Shown piece by piece: positions 43,857-53,922 of a DNA stretch of 64,000 bases (its first letter is position 1; each line of letters opens with the position of its first letter). The stretch lies in the NCBI GenBank assembly GCA_009920765.1, contig RFZJ01000005.1, positions 25,673-89,672 of the forward strand, read 5' to 3'. A program made the translations under genes and the position numbers. The notes beneath the pieces were generated by a model that ran no database searches, was not told the DNA's origin, and was given only the letters and a program-made list of their open reading frames with translations. The DNA comes from Planctomycetota bacterium (GTDB taxonomy: Bacteria > Planctomycetota > Planctomycetia > Gemmatales > Gemmataceae).

Positions 43857-46364
43857 ATGCCTTCCGCCCAGAAGGCCGAAAACAAAGATACTTCCCCAGC
43901 TTGGTATTTCACACTCTGGAAAGTTCCATCGGTACCCGCAGCCCTGGCTATTACCCTAGGCTTCTTGCTTGATATTGCATATCAACCACCCTTGCTATTC
44001 ATGATGGTGTTGGCATTGGGCCTCCTTCTTGCCTGGTTGGTTTGCATTGTGGGGAAAAAGTTAAACCTTGCCCTTATGTATCTGCTGCTTTTCATTGTTT
44101 GTTTGGGTTCTTTCAGGCACTTTATTGCTGCTCGTTTGGTTACCTCCGATGATGTAAGGCTTTTTTTGGATGATTCGGTTTCTCTTTGCAAGTTTAAAGG
44201 TTATCTCCAAGAAGAACCAAGGTTATGGGTTGGCGAAACCAATAATCCTCTGCGAACTGTTCCCTCTGCCAATCGAAGTTCTGCAATTCTCTATTTATAT
44301 GCGATGCACCAAAATGGCGCATGGAACCCGGTCAAGGGAAATTTAAGAATGGTGAGTAATGATTCCCTGGCTGAGTTTCATCTGGGGGATACGGTGGAAA
44401 TTACAGGGCGGGCCAAGTTGATATCAGGCCCTGCTAATCCCGGAGAGTGGGACTATCGGAGTTTTCTAAACCAACAAGGGATATATGGTGAAATCAGAAT
44501 CAATGATTCTTCTGCAATTCGAATGGTTGAAGAAGGTGCGTGGTTTAATTTTTCATCTATATTGTGTTTCATCCGGGCAAGGGCAGCCAACCTTCTTGTC
44601 AGCAACCTTCCAATGCCCGAAGGACCTCTCGCAGAGGCATTGCTTTTGGGTGATAGCCCTTTATTGCATAATAGTGAGTGGGATAAGTTTAAAAATACAG
44701 GCGTGCTTCATGTGCTTGCGATCAGTGGGCAACACCTTGCAATATTAGGTGGAACTTTGGCATGGCTGCTGCGGGCCTTCAGATTCAAGCCTGCATCCAT
44801 TGCCTTCCTGGTTACCCTTTTTCTTTTGGTTTATGCATTGCTTACAGGGGGCAGACCCTCTGCGATGCGTGCAGTCATCATGGTGGGATGCTTTAGCCTG
44901 GGAATCATACTGCGCAGGCCTGCACCCGCAATTCATACCCTTACAGCTTCCTGGATTATTCTTGCATTTATACAACCCTGGGATTTATTCAGCCCAGGTT
45001 GTATTCTTTCTTTTTTTGCAACAGGTTGTCTTATATGGGTAGTCCCAAAGTTTTCGCAAATGGAGGAATCTCCCCTTGAGATATTAACACATGAATCAAA
45101 ACCATTGTGGCGCAGAATACTTTCTGATTTTTTGAAGGCAACACGCGAATTATTTTTTGTCTCAGCCATTGTCTGGGTTTTTGTTACTCCAATGGCGACA
45201 GCATTCACCCATGTGGTTTCACCCGTTGCACTTTTAATCGGCCCGCCTCTTATCATTCTCACCACCATTGCTCTCTTGGCAGGCTTTATTGGTATTGTTT
45301 TGGGAAGTTTTATCAGTCCCATTGCCGTGCTTGCAACCTGGATTATCTTTCCATGCCTTTGGTTGTGCGGCAAACTTGTTGATGCAGCTTTGTTGATTCC
45401 CATGGGCCATTTTTATCTACCGGATCTTCCATTCTGGTTGATCCCCTTCGGGTATCTTTGCATTTTCATATGGCTGAATTGGGCTTCGCTTTTGCCTAAA
45501 TACTCCTGGTATGGCCTTGCGATTCTTTGGACATTGTTTTTTATCTTTCCCATTCGAATACCGCCTCGGGATCTTTGCGTCACTTTTTTGGCAGTGGGGC
45601 ATGGCACTTGTGTAGTGCTTGAAACACCGGATGGAAAGGTGTTGGTGTATGATGCGGGTTCGATTTCAGGGCCTGAAGTCTCACGGAGGAAAATTGCACC
45701 ATTCCTTTGGTCCAAGAAAATCACCACCATTGATAAACTTTTGATTTCTCATGCAGACCTTGATCACTTTAATGGCCTGCCTTTCCTGTTGCAAAGCTTC
45801 AAGGTTCGATCGGTGGCAACAACTCCAAGCTTTTCGCAAAAGCCAACGCCTGGTGTTGCTTTGATCAATCAATTGCTTGGTGATCCGGGTGCGAATCTTG
45901 AACTGATCATCAAGGGAAAAAAATGGAATTGGGGCGGTGTCGGTTTTGAGGTGCTTCACCCACCAGAAGCAGGCCCACCAGGAAATGAAAATACACGTAG
46001 CATGGTTGTTGAGGTTGGTTGCAAGGAATTCAAAATGCTTTTGACAGGCGATCTTCAGAGCCCGGGTTTGGAAATGGTGATGCAACTTCCTCCAAAATCC
46101 ATTGATGTGCTGATGGCGCCACATCACGGCAGCAAGAAATCTCTTCCGAAGGAATTTCTGGATTGGTGCAAGCCTGCAACCATGGTGATTGGCACTCAGG
46201 GGGATATTTATCCTTCCATGCCTTTGCCTGAAAATTCATCTTCGAGATGGATGTCAACGAGGGAAGAAGGCGCAATAACCCTGCGTTTTCATAAGTCTGG
46301 AATTGCAATTGATACTTTTCTGAATTTGAAAAGAGGAGCATTGCAAATGGGAATGATTCATTAA
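43857..46364 (+). CDS. comEC: DNA internalisation-related competence protein ComEC/Rec2 (competence domain plus metallo-beta-lactamase domain)
   Basis: 835 aa. N-terminal TM/OB region, central polytopic competence domain (GVLHVLAISGQHL). C-terminal MBL fold (VGHGTCVVLETPDG, ISHADLDHFNG, APHHGS). Confidence 0.9.
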   Translation: MPSAQKAENKDTSPAWYFTLWKVPSVPAALAITLGFLLDIAYQPPLLFMMVLALGLLLAWLVCIVGKKLNLALMYLLLFIVCLGSFRHFIAARLVTSDDVRLFLDDSVSLCKFKGYLQEEPRLWVGETNNPLRTVPSANRSSAILYLYAMHQNGAWNPVKGNLRMVSNDSLAEFHLGDTVEITGRAKLISGPANPGEWDYRSFLNQQGIYGEIRINDSSAIRMVEEGAWFNFSSILCFIRARAANLLVSNLPMPEGPLAEALLLGDSPLLHNSEWDKFKNTGVLHVLAISGQHLAILGGTLAWLLRAFRFKPASIAFLVTLFLLVYALLTGGRPSAMRAVIMVGCFSLGIILRRPAPAIHTLTASWIILAFIQPWDLFSPGCILSFFATGCLIWVVPKFSQMEESPLEILTHESKPLWRRILSDFLKATRELFFVSAIVWVFVTPMATAFTHVVSPVALLIGPPLIILTTIALLAGFIGIVLGSFISPIAVLATWIIFPCLWLCGKLVDAALLIPMGHFYLPDLPFWLIPFGYLCIFIWLNWASLLPKYSWYGLAILWTLFFIFPIRIPPRDLCVTFLAVGHGTCVVLETPDGKVLVYDAGSISGPEVSRRKIAPFLWSKKITTIDKLLISHADLDHFNGLPFLLQSFKVRSVATTPSFSQKPTPGVALINQLLGDPGANLELIIKGKKWNWGGVGFEVLHPPEAGPPGNENTRSMVVEVGCKEFKMLLTGDLQSPGLEMVMQLPPKSIDVLMAPHHGSKKSLPKEFLDWCKPATMVIGTQGDIYPSMPLPENSSSRWMSTREEGAITLRFHKSGIAIDTFLNLKRGALQMGMIH

Positions 46365-46370
46365 CCATGC

Positions 46371-46838
46371 TTAAGGGTTTACAAATTCATGTTCGGGGTT
46401 TCGGAGTGAGAGCACAGGGCAGGGGGATTTTCTTACCAGGGTTTCAGCAAGGCTACCGAGGAAAAAATGTGCCAAGCCTGTGTGCCCATGCGTTCCAATA
46501 ATGATGAGATCAATATTTTCATCGGTTGCAAGGGACATGATTTCATCAAGAGGATTCCCTTCCTGGCAGTGGGAGACAAAATCAATTCCATCATGCTTGT
46601 ATGGTTCTAGAAAATCAGCTAAGGATTTTGCAGCAGCTTGTAGAATTGGTTCGACGCTGGAAACGCTGGAGGAATTGATAAAACCCATCTCAGGAAGGAA
46701 AATTGCAACATCCTGAACTACGTGAAGAACATGAAGTTTTGCGCCAAACTTCTGGGCAAATTCGATTCCATATCGCATTGCGCTTTGAGACTGCTTGCTG
46801 AAATCTGTGGGGACAAGGATGGATTTTAATGTAATCAT
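46371..46838 (-). CDS. Universal stress protein (UspA family)
   Basis: ILVPTDFS N-terminus and the C-terminal GTHGHTGLAHFFLGSLAETLVRKSPCPVL ATP-binding motif (G-2x-G-9x-G-S/T). Start taken at MITLKSILVP. Confidence 0.88.
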   Translation of the reverse strand: MITLKSILVPTDFSKQSQSAMRYGIEFAQKFGAKLHVLHVVQDVAIFLPEMGFINSSSVSSVEPILQAAAKSLADFLEPYKHDGIDFVSHCQEGNPLDEIMSLATDENIDLIIIGTHGHTGLAHFFLGSLAETLVRKSPCPVLSLRNPEHEFVNP

Positions 46839-46895
46839 GGCATGATCTCCCGGGCAATTAGGGAATAATTCAACCATCCATGGCCTACTTTAACA

Positions 46896-47750
46896 TTATA
46901 TACCAACAAACTTGCGAAATTTCGCCCGTAGTAATTTTGTTACCTCGCCCGGGACTCCATCACCTATTTTTCTTCCATCGCATTTTACCACCGAGATTAC
47001 TTCTGCAGCAGTGCCTGTAAGAAAACATTCATCAGCAGTAAATACATCATGCCTGGTAATTACAACTTCCTGTACCGTGATTTTTTCAACCCTTGCAAGA
47101 TCCATCACCGTGTTGCGGGTGATACCTTCCAGAATACCACAATGGGGGGCCGGAGTTTTTAGCACTCCATTCTTCACCAGGAAAATATTGTCCGCAGTGC
47201 ATTCTGCTACTTCGCCCAGATGGTTGAGCATGATCGCCTCGGGTACACCGGCCCTGTTGGCTTCAAGTTTTGCTAGTATGTTGTTGAGATAATTAAGGGA
47301 TTTAATCCTGGGGTTTAATGCATTTGGTATATTTCGAATGGTTGCTGCTGTTATGATTTCCATTCCCTTTTCGTACATTTCCTCAGGGTAGATGGAAATA
47401 TCATCCACGATGATGATGATCTGGGGGTTCGTGGTTTTTCTTGGGTCCAACCCGAGGTTGCCAACACCTCTTGATACAATTAGTCTTATATAACCGTCTT
47501 TTTTTGCGTTCGCATGGACCGTATCTTTTACCGCCTTGCACATCTCGTCGATGCTTAGCGGGATATTCAAATCAATGGACTTGGCGCTTTCGTAAAGTCT
47601 CACGACATGTTCATGCAATTTGAAAACTACCGAGTTGTAGATTCGAATGCCTTCGAAAATCCCATCGCCATAAAGAAAGCCATGATCATAAACTGAAATA
47701 ACTGCGTCAGCTTTTTCAACAAGCTTGCCATTCATGTAAATCTTAGACAT
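46896..47750 (-). CDS. ilvE: Branched-chain amino acid aminotransferase (fold-type IV PLP enzyme)
   Basis: DHGFLYGDGIFEGIR, the catalytic-Lys region NPRIKSLNYLNNILA, and the EVAECTADNIF block. Confidence 0.85.
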   Translation of the reverse strand: MSKIYMNGKLVEKADAVISVYDHGFLYGDGIFEGIRIYNSVVFKLHEHVVRLYESAKSIDLNIPLSIDEMCKAVKDTVHANAKKDGYIRLIVSRGVGNLGLDPRKTTNPQIIIIVDDISIYPEEMYEKGMEIITAATIRNIPNALNPRIKSLNYLNNILAKLEANRAGVPEAIMLNHLGEVAECTADNIFLVKNGVLKTPAPHCGILEGITRNTVMDLARVEKITVQEVVITRHDVFTADECFLTGTAAEVISVVKCDGRKIGDGVPGEVTKLLRAKFRKFVGI

Positions 47751-47780
47751 TGAAAAACTCCGAAGGATGCCAGAAGATTA

Positions 47781-48587
47781 TTATATGCCCGCTTGGCGCC
47801 TGGTTTCACCCGGATGATTTTCATCTTCCGGATGGTTGTCAAATGAATCCGGCCTGACCACGCCAAAAGCCTCAGGCTGCTGTTGAAGGGGCACTTCCAC
47901 ATGGCCTGCAACAAGCTTAATAATTCTATGGGTTCCCCGGGCAATCTCAAGATTATGGGTGACCATGATGATGGTTACATTGTCAATTTCATTCAATTCC
48001 CGCAGAAGTTGTACGATTTCCCGCCCGGTATCTTCATCCAAGTTTCCTGTGGGTTCATCTGCAAAAAGAAGTGCGGGGTTCCCGATCAGGGCTCTTGCAA
48101 TTGCTGTTCGCTGCATTTCCCCACCCGAAAGTTCCTTGGGTAAATGGTGCATACGATGTCCAAGCCCTACTTTTTCCATAAGGGTGATTGCACGCTTTCT
48201 CGCTGCGCTTCCGTTACCCAACCATGAAAGTGCCGAACTTCGGATCATCAATGGGATCATCACATTTTCAAGTGCTGTAAGTTCGGGAAGCAGATGATAA
48301 AATTGGAAGATGAAACCGAAGTCATGGTTTCGAAGATGATCTCTTTTATCTGCAGAGAGGTTGTCAATTCTTTTATCTCGATAGTAAATTTCGCCTTCAT
48401 CAGGTTTATCGAGTGACCCAAGGAGGTGCATCAGGGTGCTTTTTCCTGAACCCGAGGCGCCAACCACGCTTAAAAATTCCCCTTCTGCCACTTCCATATC
48501 CACACCTTTCAATACAGGCGTGCTGATCGCATTCTTGCGATACACCTTGTGAAGATTTCGCGCATACATGAATGTATTATCAGCCAT
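47781..48587 (-). CDS. lolD: Lipoprotein-releasing system ATP-binding protein LolD-like (MacB-type ABC ATPase) with C-terminal tail
   Basis: GASGSGKSTLMHLLG, LSGGEMQRTAIARAL, LLFADEPTGNLD, VTHN. About 40 extra C-terminal residues. Confidence 0.8.
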   Translation of the reverse strand: MADNTFMYARNLHKVYRKNAISTPVLKGVDMEVAEGEFLSVVGASGSGKSTLMHLLGSLDKPDEGEIYYRDKRIDNLSADKRDHLRNHDFGFIFQFYHLLPELTALENVMIPLMIRSSALSWLGNGSAARKRAITLMEKVGLGHRMHHLPKELSGGEMQRTAIARALIGNPALLFADEPTGNLDEDTGREIVQLLRELNEIDNVTIIMVTHNLEIARGTHRIIKLVAGHVEVPLQQQPEAFGVVRPDSFDNHPEDENHPGETRRQAGI

Positions 48588-48609
48588 TAGCTTTTATCCT
48601 TCGTTGAGA

Positions 48610-50034
48610 TTATTCATATCGTAGCGCACGCACTGGATTTAACATCGATGCCCTTAATGCTGGGAGTATGCTGAAAAGAACAGCAATCCCGATCGATCCC
48701 AGATTCACCAGAAATACACTGAATAAATTGATGTCGGTGGGGATCTTGTCGAAATAGTAGACATCCCGGGGAAAGATATCCTGGCCGGTTACATTTGCAA
48801 TAAACTTTTCGATATCATTGATATGCACCGTGATTTCCAGGCCTATGATGGTGCCCAAGCCTGCTCCCACCAGACCCAGCAGAAAGCCATAACCAATGAA
48901 TATGGTCAGGATTCCACCATTTGAGGCACCCAACGCCTTTAGGATTCCTATGTCCCTGGTTTTTTCCACCACGATCATCGAGAATATTGCTAAAATTCCA
49001 AAGCCCGCCACCGCTATGATCAAAAATAAAAGTATGTTTAAAATACCTTTCTCAACACGTATTGCTGCAAGCACCGCCCCCTGCTTTTGTTCCCAGGTTT
49101 GTACTTCCAATGGCGCATTGGCAAACAACTCCCTCAGCCTTGCAACCACCTTCGGTGCATTGTTGTAGTCCTTCAATTTGATTTGTATGCTCGTCACACG
49201 ATCTTCCATCGTGCGCAGTTTTTGCAGGTGTTCGATCGGCATGAATACATAGTTCGAATCATATTCGCTCATCTCTGATTTGAAATAATCAGATACCACA
49301 AAACGATCGAATACAGGCGACATCTTCGCGCCACTCACCGTGGTGATAACCACTTCGTCACCTGGTTCCAAGGTTCTAACATCCTTGTTGGGAAGATCAG
49401 CAGGGGCGTTTCGGTCGCGATAATGGGCGATGGCATAGCCTAAAATCACGCCTTGGGGTTCGTGGGGTTTGCTGGGTGGTGGGTCGGGTGGTGGTGGTTC
49501 ATTCAGGTTGGGTGCCTCTCTTGGCCCGGGAAAATCCACGCCCCTCGATGCCCGCCTGATGATGAATCTTTCACGTGCATTTTCATCCAGATTGAAACTT
49601 GGCTTCTCATGATTCTTGGGGTTCACCAGATGCTCTGCAAATCCGCCCACAGCCTTGCGACCTTCAGGTTCTATCCCGATGATTCTTACAGGCCTGGTGA
49701 AGGGTACCTCGCGAAAATTGAACTGAAGCATCGCAAATATTTCCAGCGTTGCTGTCATTGCCTCGACTTCATTGCTTAAAAACGGGTCGTTTCTTATCAG
49801 TGCCATTTTGTTGGGCGCATCGGTGAAGCCATCGTAATCGTATGCTTCAAGCACTACATCCGAGAGCAAACCGTGCAGCCTTTCCTTTAGCTTAGTGCTG
49901 AATCCACCCATTACACTGTTCACAACAATCAGGGTTGCAACCCCCAGCATCACGCTGACAATGCATACCATCGCCAGGTACCTGGTTCGTAAATATTTCC
50001 AGCACAGTAAAAGCTTGTACAAGTCCCACCTCAA
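48610..50034 (-). CDS. lolE: LolC/LolE-family (FtsX/MacB-type) lipoprotein-release permease
   Basis: N-terminal WKYLRTRYL plus TM1, a large periplasmic MacB-like domain, and the C-terminal FtsX four-helix region (ILKALGASNGGILTIF). Confidence 0.8.
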   Translation of the reverse strand: MRWDLYKLLLCWKYLRTRYLAMVCIVSVMLGVATLIVVNSVMGGFSTKLKERLHGLLSDVVLEAYDYDGFTDAPNKMALIRNDPFLSNEVEAMTATLEIFAMLQFNFREVPFTRPVRIIGIEPEGRKAVGGFAEHLVNPKNHEKPSFNLDENARERFIIRRASRGVDFPGPREAPNLNEPPPPDPPPSKPHEPQGVILGYAIAHYRDRNAPADLPNKDVRTLEPGDEVVITTVSGAKMSPVFDRFVVSDYFKSEMSEYDSNYVFMPIEHLQKLRTMEDRVTSIQIKLKDYNNAPKVVARLRELFANAPLEVQTWEQKQGAVLAAIRVEKGILNILLFLIIAVAGFGILAIFSMIVVEKTRDIGILKALGASNGGILTIFIGYGFLLGLVGAGLGTIIGLEITVHINDIEKFIANVTGQDIFPRDVYYFDKIPTDINLFSVFLVNLGSIGIAVLFSILPALRASMLNPVRALRYE

Positions 50035-50068
50035 TCCTTGAGAACAATTCTGCCTTGGGCTTAATGCC

Positions 50069-51550
50069 TCAATCTTCCTTAGAAGCCACAGCTTCTCCCC
50101 GATGTTCGGGCCTTAATAAAGGAAATAAAATAACATCTCGAATGGTTGGTGTGTTTGTCAGCAACATCACCAGCCGATCAATACCTATGCCCAAGCCACC
50201 TGCCGGGGGCATTCCATACTTCAATGCTTGAACAAAATCGTCGTCCATCTTCGACATCGAATCTTCTTCCTTCAAGCCACCGAGTTGCTGGCGGAAGGTT
50301 TGTTCCTGCGTGATTGGGTCGTTCAATTCGGTGTAAGCGTTGGCTAGTTCCATGCCACATACATACAGCTCGAATCGTTCTGCGATATCCGGGTTGCCTG
50401 TTTTTCGCTTGGTCAGGGGGCAGAGGGAAGCGGGGTAATCGTAGACGAAAATTGGTCCCATTAAATTGTGCTCGACTTTCATTTCGAACAATTCCTGGAT
50501 GATTACATCCTTATGCTTGCCCTTGGTGTTCAACCCCAACGCCGTCGCCTTTTGGGAGACTGCATCAGCATCTTCCATGGCAACGCCAACATGTTCCTTG
50601 AATAATTCAGAGTAAGTCGCCCTGCGCCAAGGGGCTTTGTAATCAACTTCATGAGAGCCAAAAGGCCTTACGGTGCCTTCGCCAAGATTTTTGATGCAAG
50701 CGAGTATCAATCCTTCTGTAAGATCCATCATGGATTGATAATCGCCATAAGACTGGTACAGTTCCAACATGGTGAATTCGGGGTTGTGTTTGGGGCTGAT
50801 GCCCTCATTTCGGAACACCCTGCCGATTTCATAAACCTTTTCAATGCCGCCCACCAATAGTCTTTTGAGATGCAGTTCTAAAGCGATGCGAAGGTAAAGC
50901 TGAATATCCAGAGTATTATGATGGGTAATGAAAGGCCGTGCTGCAGCGCCCCCTGCAATATTGTGCAGCGTGGGCGTTTCCACTTCCCAAAACCCCGAAT
51001 CATCAAGATGGCGTCTGATCGTTCGCACCAAAAGAATTCGTTCTCGCGAACGCTTCAACGTTTCGGGGGTGTAAGTTAAATCCAAGTAACGATGGCGTAA
51101 TCGAAATTCAATATCCTGCATACCTTCCCATTTGTCTGGGTGGGGCAGAAGGGATTTTCCTAAAAAAGTGATCTTGGTTGCGAAGACTGTCAGTTCGCCT
51201 GTTTTGGTTTTGCCAAACGAACCATCGATGCCCAGAAGGTCGCCTAGGTCGATATTCTTTGCAATATCCCAACCCAGTTCGCCTACTTGTTTCTTACCTA
51301 TCATTACTTGAACTTGGCCAGTCCAGTCGCGCAGATCAATGAAGTAAACATTACCCATGCCCCTGCGTAGTACGATTCTTCCTGCCAGTCTGGTTTGTAC
51401 GGGGTTTTCCGGGTCGACTGGTAATTCGCGTACTTGTGCAATGGGAATATGATTATCGAAGCGCTGTCCCCAAGGGTCGACGCCTAATGCAGTAAGGGCT
51501 TTTACTTTTTCACTTCGTACACTTTCAAGGCTTTCAATTGGTTCTGTCAC
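50069..51550 (-). CDS. lysS: Lysine--tRNA ligase, class II
   Basis: OB-fold N-domain (RLAGRIVLRRGMGNVYFIDLRD). Class II motifs: FWEVETPTL, YEIGRVFRNEG, GGLGIGIDRLVMLL. Confidence 0.95.
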   Translation of the reverse strand: MTEPIESLESVRSEKVKALTALGVDPWGQRFDNHIPIAQVRELPVDPENPVQTRLAGRIVLRRGMGNVYFIDLRDWTGQVQVMIGKKQVGELGWDIAKNIDLGDLLGIDGSFGKTKTGELTVFATKITFLGKSLLPHPDKWEGMQDIEFRLRHRYLDLTYTPETLKRSRERILLVRTIRRHLDDSGFWEVETPTLHNIAGGAAARPFITHHNTLDIQLYLRIALELHLKRLLVGGIEKVYEIGRVFRNEGISPKHNPEFTMLELYQSYGDYQSMMDLTEGLILACIKNLGEGTVRPFGSHEVDYKAPWRRATYSELFKEHVGVAMEDADAVSQKATALGLNTKGKHKDVIIQELFEMKVEHNLMGPIFVYDYPASLCPLTKRKTGNPDIAERFELYVCGMELANAYTELNDPITQEQTFRQQLGGLKEEDSMSKMDDDFVQALKYGMPPAGGLGIGIDRLVMLLTNTPTIRDVILFPLLRPEHRGEAVASKED

Positions 51551-51847
51551 AACAATTCATCCATTTCACTCAGGAACAATGGCAGGACTAACCTGCGGTT
51601 CATGGTAATAATGACCTGCCGGTGGGTGCATCATCTCACGCCTTGTCGCAAAACCCGATCAGGCCTACACTTTCGACTCCTAAAGCATACCCAGAACCGC
51701 TGGAACCGTACTAGATCGATCTTGCAGAAAAAACCTTGAATGCTCTCTTAACCCAAAAATGAACTTCTTAAAACAGCCACTTGCTTCTAATCTGATCTTG
51801 ACTTATCTTGCTGTATTGCTTGTTTTTACGAAAAAAGAGAGATCCAA

Positions 51848-52606
51848 ATGAAACTTGTAGAATCCACCTGGGAAGATGTCAGCAAACTCGATAAAAACAC
51901 CCCTGTTGTCATCCCTGTTGCAGCAATCGAACAGCACGGCAGACACTTGCCTGTTTCTGTGGATTCGATGCTATGTGGCGAAGTGATTCGCAGGGTTTCT
52001 GAAACCCTTCATGGCAAAGTTTTGTTCGCCCCTCTTACATGGTTTGGTAATTCCCATCATCACATGGATTTTTCAGGCACCCTCTCTGCCAACCCAAGGC
52101 TTTATCTTGATATGCTTAACAACCTTGCAGATAATTTCATTGATCATGGGTTTAAACGCATTGTGTTCATCAATGGCCATGGTGGGAATATCTATCCTGG
52201 GAAGCAAGCCACCTTTGAACTCAGGCAGAAATACAGGCATCGTTCTGACCTTCTTTTATTATTTAGCACCTACTGGGATTTAAGCCCTACACCACAAGTT
52301 GAGCTGAAGGATTTCGTGCAGAAAAAAATGGGCCATGCCTGCGAGTGGGAAACCTCGATGATGATGAAGTTGGCGCCCAATCTTGTCAAAGGTAATGTCG
52401 CAGATCTTAAAAAAGTGGAGTTTGGATTTGCGTTTGAGCCTGCGTATCGGGGTTGGATCACCAAGGATCGCACGGAGCCTGGCCATATCGGCGATCCCAA
52501 ACATGCAACTGCAGAAAAAGGTGAGATCCTCTTTTCTACTTTTGCGAAAGATGCAGTTGCCTTTTTGGAGAAAGTAATCGCCTGGGATGGTAAATCCTGG
52601 TTTTAA
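51848..52606 (+). CDS. Creatininase-family amidohydrolase (creatinine amidohydrolase / ArfB / MftE-like)
   Basis: VVIPVAAIEQHGRHLPVSVDS, INGHGGN, HACEWETS metal-ligand blocks. Confidence 0.85.
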   Translation: MKLVESTWEDVSKLDKNTPVVIPVAAIEQHGRHLPVSVDSMLCGEVIRRVSETLHGKVLFAPLTWFGNSHHHMDFSGTLSANPRLYLDMLNNLADNFIDHGFKRIVFINGHGGNIYPGKQATFELRQKYRHRSDLLLLFSTYWDLSPTPQVELKDFVQKKMGHACEWETSMMMKLAPNLVKGNVADLKKVEFGFAFEPAYRGWITKDRTEPGHIGDPKHATAEKGEILFSTFAKDAVAFLEKVIAWDGKSWF

Positions 52607-52614
52607 TGTCAGTT

Positions 52615-52653
52615 GATAACTTTTTCGCAGTACTTATAGTTATCTTTGGTTTT
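52615..52653 (+). terminator. Weak AT-rich terminator-like hairpin after the creatininase-family gene
   Basis: 7-bp stem gataact / agttatc with a 16-nt loop, followed by tttggtttt. Confidence 0.35.
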
Positions 52654-52896
52654 AATTGATACTAGTTTTGACTAATCATTTTTGTTTTCCTTCCTACATC
52701 CGCCTAGGGGGAAATTATGGTAAACACCACGAAAATAAGGCTCAATTTGCTTGTCTTGGAACTAAGGCATATCTAATTAATCGTTTGTCAGTCTAGTTAG
52801 TTTAGAGGGTTAGCCTAGTTAAAGCTCAATCTTCAGGCCTAATCGGGCTTCAACCTTCCAAAGAATGATGGGTGATTTAATTAGGGGTGAAAGCAA

Positions 52897-53907
52897 TCAT
52901 GGAACTAGGACGATTCTTGGAGAGTTATTTTTGCCTGCGGCAAGGTCTGCCATAGCAATGCGAATATCTGCAAGTGGTTTTGTTTCGACCAAGACATTGG
53001 CTTTACCTAGATGATGATATTCCACAACTTCTTTCAGGGTGGAAATCGGCCCGACATGCGAACCCAAAATATGAATTCCGCGGGTGACTAGTTCAAACCA
53101 GGGTAGAGTCAATTCTTTATTCTTGCCCAAGCCCACCAAGGCTAGAGTGCCACCATTCCTTAATACCTTGATTGAATCTGTCACTGCCTTTGGGTCTGAA
53201 GCAAATACTGCGACAGCATCAACCAAAGGTTTGGAATTAAGAGCAAGCCATTGTTCGGGGGAATAAATTTCTGCGCCAAATACTTTCGCTTGGTCAATTC
53301 GAAGTTCAGAGGGGTCAATTGCAATGATGCGTGTAAAAAACTCTTTAGCATACTGTATTGCAAGATGGCCCACTCCCCCCATGCCCATGATTAAAAGTGT
53401 TTGATTTTCTTTGGAACGCAATTGTTTTATGGTTTCAAAAGCGGTAAGTCCTGCACAGGCCAGAGGTGCAGCCTGAACTGGATCCATATCGTTTGGAAGC
53501 GGGAGAATATAACGAAAATCTGCAGTGGTATATTCAGCATGGGTACCCGGGATGACATAACCTGTATTGAATTGCCTGTCACAATAGTTCTCCTTTCCTG
53601 AAGAGCAGTATGAACAGGTTCGACAGGTTCTGCCAACCCATGGAATGATAACTTTTTGATCCAGGTAAAAGCCTGTAACTTTAGAGCCCAAAGCTTGGAT
53701 GATACCAACGCCTTCATGTCCGGGGATTAAAGGAAGAACGGGCTTTTTATGCCAAGAACCATTAATGGCATGAAGATCGGTATGACAAATACCCGATGCG
53801 AGGATCCGAACCAAAACCTGATTGGGCTTGGGTTCAGGAATGGGGAGATCTTCCAACTGTAGACCTAGTGAAAAATCTCTTAATACCGCTGCCCGCATGG
53901 TTCGCAT
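52897..53907 (-). CDS. Zinc-dependent alcohol dehydrogenase (AdhP-like, medium-chain dehydrogenase/reductase)
   Basis: GICHTDLH, GHEGVG, structural-zinc CRTCSYCSSGKENYC, NAD motif GMGGVGHLA. Confidence 0.9.
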   Translation of the reverse strand: MRTMRAAVLRDFSLGLQLEDLPIPEPKPNQVLVRILASGICHTDLHAINGSWHKKPVLPLIPGHEGVGIIQALGSKVTGFYLDQKVIIPWVGRTCRTCSYCSSGKENYCDRQFNTGYVIPGTHAEYTTADFRYILPLPNDMDPVQAAPLACAGLTAFETIKQLRSKENQTLLIMGMGGVGHLAIQYAKEFFTRIIAIDPSELRIDQAKVFGAEIYSPEQWLALNSKPLVDAVAVFASDPKAVTDSIKVLRNGGTLALVGLGKNKELTLPWFELVTRGIHILGSHVGPISTLKEVVEYHHLGKANVLVETKPLADIRIAMADLAAGKNNSPRIVLVP

Positions 53908-53922
53908 AAGCTTGTTTTTTCC

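Noticed and set aside
51551-51847. A 297-bp region upstream of lysS (minus strand), examined as a possible T-box, L-box or other leader. It contains a ggcagg...cctgcc stem at 51581-51620.
   Set aside because: I could not find the conserved T-box sequence, a specifier/antiterminator architecture or L-box junction motifs by eye. It is also a divergent promoter region shared with the creatininase-family gene. A covariance-model (Rfam) scan would be decisive.
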